The translations under genes were made by a program, and so were the position numbers. 37,150 nucleotides of DNA from Myxococcales bacterium (lineage in GTDB: Bacteria; Myxococcota_A; Polyangia; Fen-1088), in the NCBI GenBank assembly GCA_043759805.1, contig JAYUPZ010000410.1:1-37150 (forward strand). The letters are read 5' to 3'. The notes beneath the pieces are model-generated. The model saw only the letters and a list, made by a program, of their open reading frames with translations. It was not told the DNA's origin and ran no database searches. Each line of letters begins with the position of its first letter. Position 1 is the stretch's first letter. Positions 27,861 to 37,150 of this stretch are shown piece by piece.

Positions 27861-28558
27861 TTGAAACTTTCAACCGGTCAGACCACTGAACCGACCGGCA
27901 CGCCATCCGGTCCGTTGGCCACCGCCGGCTCCATCACGCAGGGATGCGCGAAGCCATCGACAATGGTGGGTGCGAGCATTGAAAGCAGGGTTCACGTGCA
28001 AATGGATCTTATCGCGGCCGCTTTTGCCTGTGATTTGACCCGCCATGCATCTCTACAACTGGGAGACGCAAATGGCGGCATGGACGAAGCCGTTCCAGGG
28101 GTTGGCCAACATGACACCACGCACGCGGTGGGGGATGCCAAAGCTCAACAAACTGACCTTGATGACCACAAGAAATACGACCGTTGGTATGCGGCGCGCT
28201 GGGCTTATCTGCTCAACAAGCTTGATTCCATCAAAGAGGGAAACGGCACTATGTTGGACAACACGTTGATTGTGTTTGGGCAAGACACCACCACCAACAC
28301 GGAAGGTGGCCGGACGGGTCTTGGGGCGCACTACGGTTTGCGTTTCCCGATGTTCCTGGCGGGCGGGGGCAATTTTGCTTTCAAAACTGGGCAATACCTC
28401 CAGATTCCAATGCCAAATTCAGCGCCGTTAAGCGTTGAAGCGATGAAGAAGTGGGTCAGTCATCAACGTCTGTCGGCCAAGCGTTCGGAATGGATATCAA
28501 CACTTTCGGTGACAACGATCCGGGTTCGGGCCCGTTGACCCAGCTCACCCATGTGTAG
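27861..28558 (+). pseudogene. DUF1552-family gene remnant: the N-terminal ~200 aa are missing and there is a frameshift near the 3' end
   Basis: The ORF (TTG 27861) contains DLIAAAFACDLTRHASLQLGDANGG...HAVGD...YDRWYAARWAYLLNKLDSIKEGNGTMLDNTLIVFGQD...FPMFLAGGG, which matches my recollection of the C-terminal half of DUF1552 proteins. Near 28465-28475 the family-like sequence continues in another frame (SVGQAFGMDINTFGDNDPGSGPLTQLTHV*, stop 28556-28558), while the track frame reads ...SAKRSEWISTLSVTTIRVRAR*. Only 81 nt separate the ORF from the upstream kinase gene, so there is no room for the missing N-terminal half. Confidence 0.6.
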
Positions 28559-28607
28559 AGCATTTGGGTCCGACGCTGTTGTCATTTTATGAGTCTTTAT
28601 CGCCACG

Positions 28608-34892
<6,285 letters not shown>

Positions 34893-34900
34893 GTTAACTT

Positions 34901-36661
34901 TCAGCCGACCGCAGGGACGGGGTATTTCCCGGCGAGCGCCGCGAGGAGCGTGTCGATCTCGGCCGGTTTGACCAGATGTGCGTCGAATCCAGCCTGCACG
35001 GCTCGCTGTTTGTCAGCCGCCTGGCCGAAGCCCGTCATCGCCACCATCCGCACCGTTGAGCCCAGCGCGCGGCGGACGGCTTGCGCCACCTGGTAGCCAT
35101 CCAGTTTGGGCAAACCGATATCAACCAGCGCGACATCGGGTTGCATGGTCGTGATGAGTTCAACACCGGCTGCGCCGTCCGGGGCCGCTTTCACCTCGTG
35201 GCCGAGATCCACCAACAGATCCTCCAGAGTGCCGCGGATATCAGGATTGTCTTCCACCAGGGCGATGCGCAGCTTCCCGTCGGAAGCGGAATCATCTTTC
35301 GCCGGCGGCGGCGCGTTGCGCGGTGGTTCACCCAACGGGAGGCGAATCGTGAACACGCTGCCTACACGGCCGTCCTGCCCGTTCGGCCTCGAAAGGCCGC
35401 TCGCCACCGCCACGCTGCCTGAATGCAAAGAAACCAGGCGTTTCACCAGCGTCAATCCCAGCCCCATACCCCCGTCACTTCCGGTGGTGCGTTCCTGTAC
35501 AAACATATCGAAAACGTACGGCAGCAGTTCAGGTGAGATTCCGCGCCCGTTGTCCGTCAGGCGAAGCTCCACCCAATCGTCCTGCTTTTCACAGACCAGT
35601 TCAATCCGGCCACACGGGTCGGTGTAGCGCGCGGCATTGTTGAGTAGGTTGGAAATCGCCTGCACGACGCGCACGGAATCCGCGAGGATCCAAAGCGGCT
35701 CGGGAGGAATCGATTGCGTAAGCTTGTGCTTGCGTTCGGACAGCGCCGTCTCCGACGCAGCCACGGCTTGTGCGACCAACTGGCGCAGATCCACCTCCTC
35801 GCGCCGCAATTCGATCCGCCCCGAATTGATCCGGGAAATGTCGAGCAAGTCGTCGACCAGTCGCGACAGGTGCTTCACCTGCCGATCAACCGCTTCGTGC
35901 GTTCGCTCCAAGAGTTCGTTGCGATCGGATTGGCCTTCCACGCCCGCGCTCTCAGCGGGGATGCCCCGGCGGAGAACCTCCAATCCTGTGACGATGGGTG
36001 CCAAGGGATTGCGCAGTTCATGTCCCAGCATCGCGAGGAATTCATCCTGGCGACGTGCCGTGGCCATCATCTCCGTGTTGGCGCGCCTGAGCTCTCCTTC
36101 TTCCCAGCGCCGCCGCTCTTCGTGCAAGAGCTGTGCGTGCAGGCGCTCTTCGTGGGCACGCAATCGCTCAGCCTGAATGGCGACCTCGGCGGTTCGTTTA
36201 TGAAGGTCCACGAACACCGCCGCCTTGGCGCGCAACACCTTGACCTCGACCGGTTTGAAGAGGAAGTCCACCGCCCCGAAGTTGTAGGCGTCCAGCACCT
36301 CGAGTTTGTCGCGGCTGTGTCCCGTGACAAAAATAATCGGTGTGTGCCGCGAGCGGCGCCGCTGTCGGATCAACCGCGCGGTCTCGTAACCGTCCATGAT
36401 TGGCATCTCTACGTCGAGCAGGATCAGGGCGCAGTCGTGTTCGAGCAGGTAACGCAGGGCTTCGCTCCCCGAGCGGGCCCGTACCACTTGGACAGCCAGG
36501 TCACCAAGCGCCGCTTCGATGGCCATCAGATTGCCGGCATCGTCGTCGACCACCAAAATCTCGCTCACCAAAGGTAACGAAAAAGGTTGCAGGCTATTGC
36601 TGTCTGGCAATAACGGTTCGTCCAGCGCACGAGGCTGATCTGGAACGAGGGACTCACCCAT
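34901..36661 (-). CDS. Hybrid histidine kinase, REC - HisKA - HATPase - REC, 586 aa
   Basis: N-terminal receiver ([10 protein letters not shown]...[13 protein letters not shown]...FLFKP); coiled linker; H-box [16 protein letters not shown]; HATPase ([24 protein letters not shown]); C-terminal receiver (IALVEDNPD...[13 protein letters not shown]...HLVKP). Its stop is 8 nt upstream of the poly-HAMP kinase start, so probably one operon. Confidence 0.9.
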   Translation of the reverse strand: MGESLVPDQPRALDEPLLPDSNSLQPFSLPLVSEILVVDDDAGNLMAIEAALGDLAVQVVRARSGSEALRYLLEHDCALILLDVEMPIMDGYETARLIRQRRRSRHTPIIFVTGHSRDKLEVLDAYNFGAVDFLFKPVEVKVLRAKAAVFVDLHKRTAEVAIQAERLRAHEERLHAQLLHEERRRWEEGELRRANTEMMATARRQDEFLAMLGHELRNPLAPIVTGLEVLRRGIPAESAGVEGQSDRNELLERTHEAVDRQVKHLSRLVDDLLDISRINSGRIELRREEVDLRQLVAQAVAASETALSERKHKLTQSIPPEPLWILADSVRVVQAISNLLNNAARYTDPCGRIELVCEKQDDWVELRLTDNGRGISPELLPYVFDMFVQERTTGSDGGMGLGLTLVKRLVSLHSGSVAVASGLSRPNGQDGRVGSVFTIRLPLGEPPRNAPPPAKDDSASDGKLRIALVEDNPDIRGTLEDLLVDLGHEVKAAPDGAAGVELITTMQPDVALVDIGLPKLDGYQVAQAVRRALGSTVRMVAMTGFGQAADKQRAVQAGFDAHLVKPAEIDTLLAALAGKYPVPAVG

Positions 36662-36770
36662 GGAAAACCCCTAGAGACGTTTCGATACCGAAACGACGCT
36701 CACCCAAAGGTAACGTCCGGAGGTGCAAAACACCGGAATTGCGCGATCGCTCCATGCGATTCGATGGGGA

Positions 36771-36787
36771 TGCAAACCACGTGCCTA
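36771..36787 (-). promoter_or_regulatory. Sigma-54-type promoter candidate for the hybrid-kinase operon
   Basis: The reverse complement reads TAGGCACGTGGTTTGCA: GGCACG at -24 and TTGCA at -12 with exact consensus spacing, and only the first T of TGGCAC is replaced by A. The predicted start is near 36760, giving a ~100-nt leader. The leader contains a 7-bp hairpin (36678-36684 with 36689-36695) 17 nt upstream of the ATG. Confidence 0.45.
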
Positions 36788-36879
36788 TTTGTAGTACTCC
36801 GTGGGGTGTAACGGCCACGTCGGTTTCCTCCTGGGAACTCAAATTGGTGCGGGAAGCTCGTGGAGAGGCGCTGGGTCCC

Positions 36880-36895
36880 TGGCACAAATCTTGAA
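36880..36895 (+). promoter_or_regulatory. Weaker sigma-54-like element facing away from the kinase operon
   Basis: TGGCAC-AAATC-TTGAA. The -24 element and the spacing are perfect, but the -12 GC is GA. It lies ~40 nt upstream of a small ORF with a Shine-Dalgarno-like sequence. Confidence 0.25.
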
Positions 36896-36935
36896 TAAGT
36901 TCGCCGTCATAAGAGGCGGAAAAAGGGGAGTGTGA

Positions 36936-37115
36936 ATGGGGATGAGTGCGGAGGAGGAGTCCAGGGCCCGGGAAGCGGTTACTAGTCTCGCTTTCCGAGC
37001 CCGGACATCCTCGCGGGGGGACAGTGACCCCGTTCAAGATCGGCAAGGGCCGCCAGGGCCGTGCGTTTTTCGCTATGGCGTCAAGTGTGTGATGGCCCCG
37101 TCGATCACTGGATAG
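36936..37115 (+). CDS. Possible 59-aa small ORF (below the ORF-track cutoff), unknown function
   Basis: ATG 36936 is preceded by AAGGGGAG with a 5-nt spacer. My hand translation is MGMSAEEESRAREAVTSLAFRARTSSRGDSDPVQDRQGPPGPCVFRYGVKCVMAPSITG*. Hand-counted GC3 is about 66%, which is not strongly coding-like. No family recognised. Confidence 0.2.
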   Translation: MGMSAEEESRAREAVTSLAFRARTSSRGDSDPVQDRQGPPGPCVFRYGVKCVMAPSITG

Positions 37116-37150
37116 ACCTTTATTCGGTTACCCGGGCCTGCGATTTCTTT

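Noticed and set aside
36997-37006. GTCCGGGCTC on the minus strand, reminiscent of the RNase P RNA P4 motif GAGGAAAGUCCGGGCUC
   Set aside because: The flanks do not match. The minus strand reads GAGGATGTCCGGGCTCGGAAAGCG, and no complementary ACAGAACCCGGCUUA-type P4 3' strand or other conserved RNase P element lies on the same strand.
36654-37046. 130-aa minus-strand ORF upstream of the kinase operon
   Set aside because: It has a non-ATG start, its end overlaps the kinase ATG, and its composition and codon usage are not coding-like. The region is better explained as a leader/promoter.
37041-37070. T5 run preceded by GC-rich sequence, considered as an intrinsic terminator
   Set aside because: I could only draw 3-4 bp stems (CGGC/GCCG), which is too weak to call.
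37073-37150. Minus-strand frame open to the window edge (…KEIAGPGNRIKVYPVIDGAITHLTP*)
   Set aside because: Only 25 codons are visible and no motif is present, so I cannot tell the 3' end of a real gene from chance.

Overview
A 37.15-kb high-GC chromosomal segment. Hand-sampled 60-nt lines give about 62-70% GC over most of it. The gene content (many lipoproteins, dense two-component signalling, sigma-54-type promoters, a DUF1552 remnant, TamAB) is most consistent with Myxococcota or a similar high-GC Gram-negative lineage; I cannot confirm taxonomy without a search. Order from the left: tail of a PEP-utilising-enzyme gene; a four-CxxC zinc-ribbon protein; a Tat-signal Gfo/Idh/MocA oxidoreductase; a minus-strand operon of ABC-2 ATPase, permease and a DUF3095 (nucleotide-cyclase-like) protein; a vapBC-type toxin-antitoxin pair; two divergent lipoproteins; thiolase plus 3-hydroxyacyl-CoA dehydrogenase; an OmpR-type two-component pair; aroB; tRNA-Arg(TCT); three lipoprotein genes; tamA-tamB. 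Next comes a region of apparently lower GC (about 23.1-28.6 kb). It holds a consensus sigma-54 promoter, two unknown secreted proteins, a NarL-type regulator, a beta-propeller/Y_Y_Y histidine kinase and a truncated, frameshifted DUF1552 pseudogene. The last block is a two-gene minus-strand operon: a REC-kinase-REC hybrid followed by a 2094-aa soluble hybrid kinase. Its N-terminal 1170 aa are an uninterrupted array of about 25 HAMP domains, including 11 perfectly phased 276-bp (92-aa) units. This is the dominant unexplained-scale structure in the window. No CRISPR array, rRNA, transposase or integrase was seen. The best candidates for something undescribed are the poly-HAMP phosphorelay with five receiver domains and no output domain, the ABC-2/DUF3095 operon, and the sigma-54-driven secreted-protein pair.
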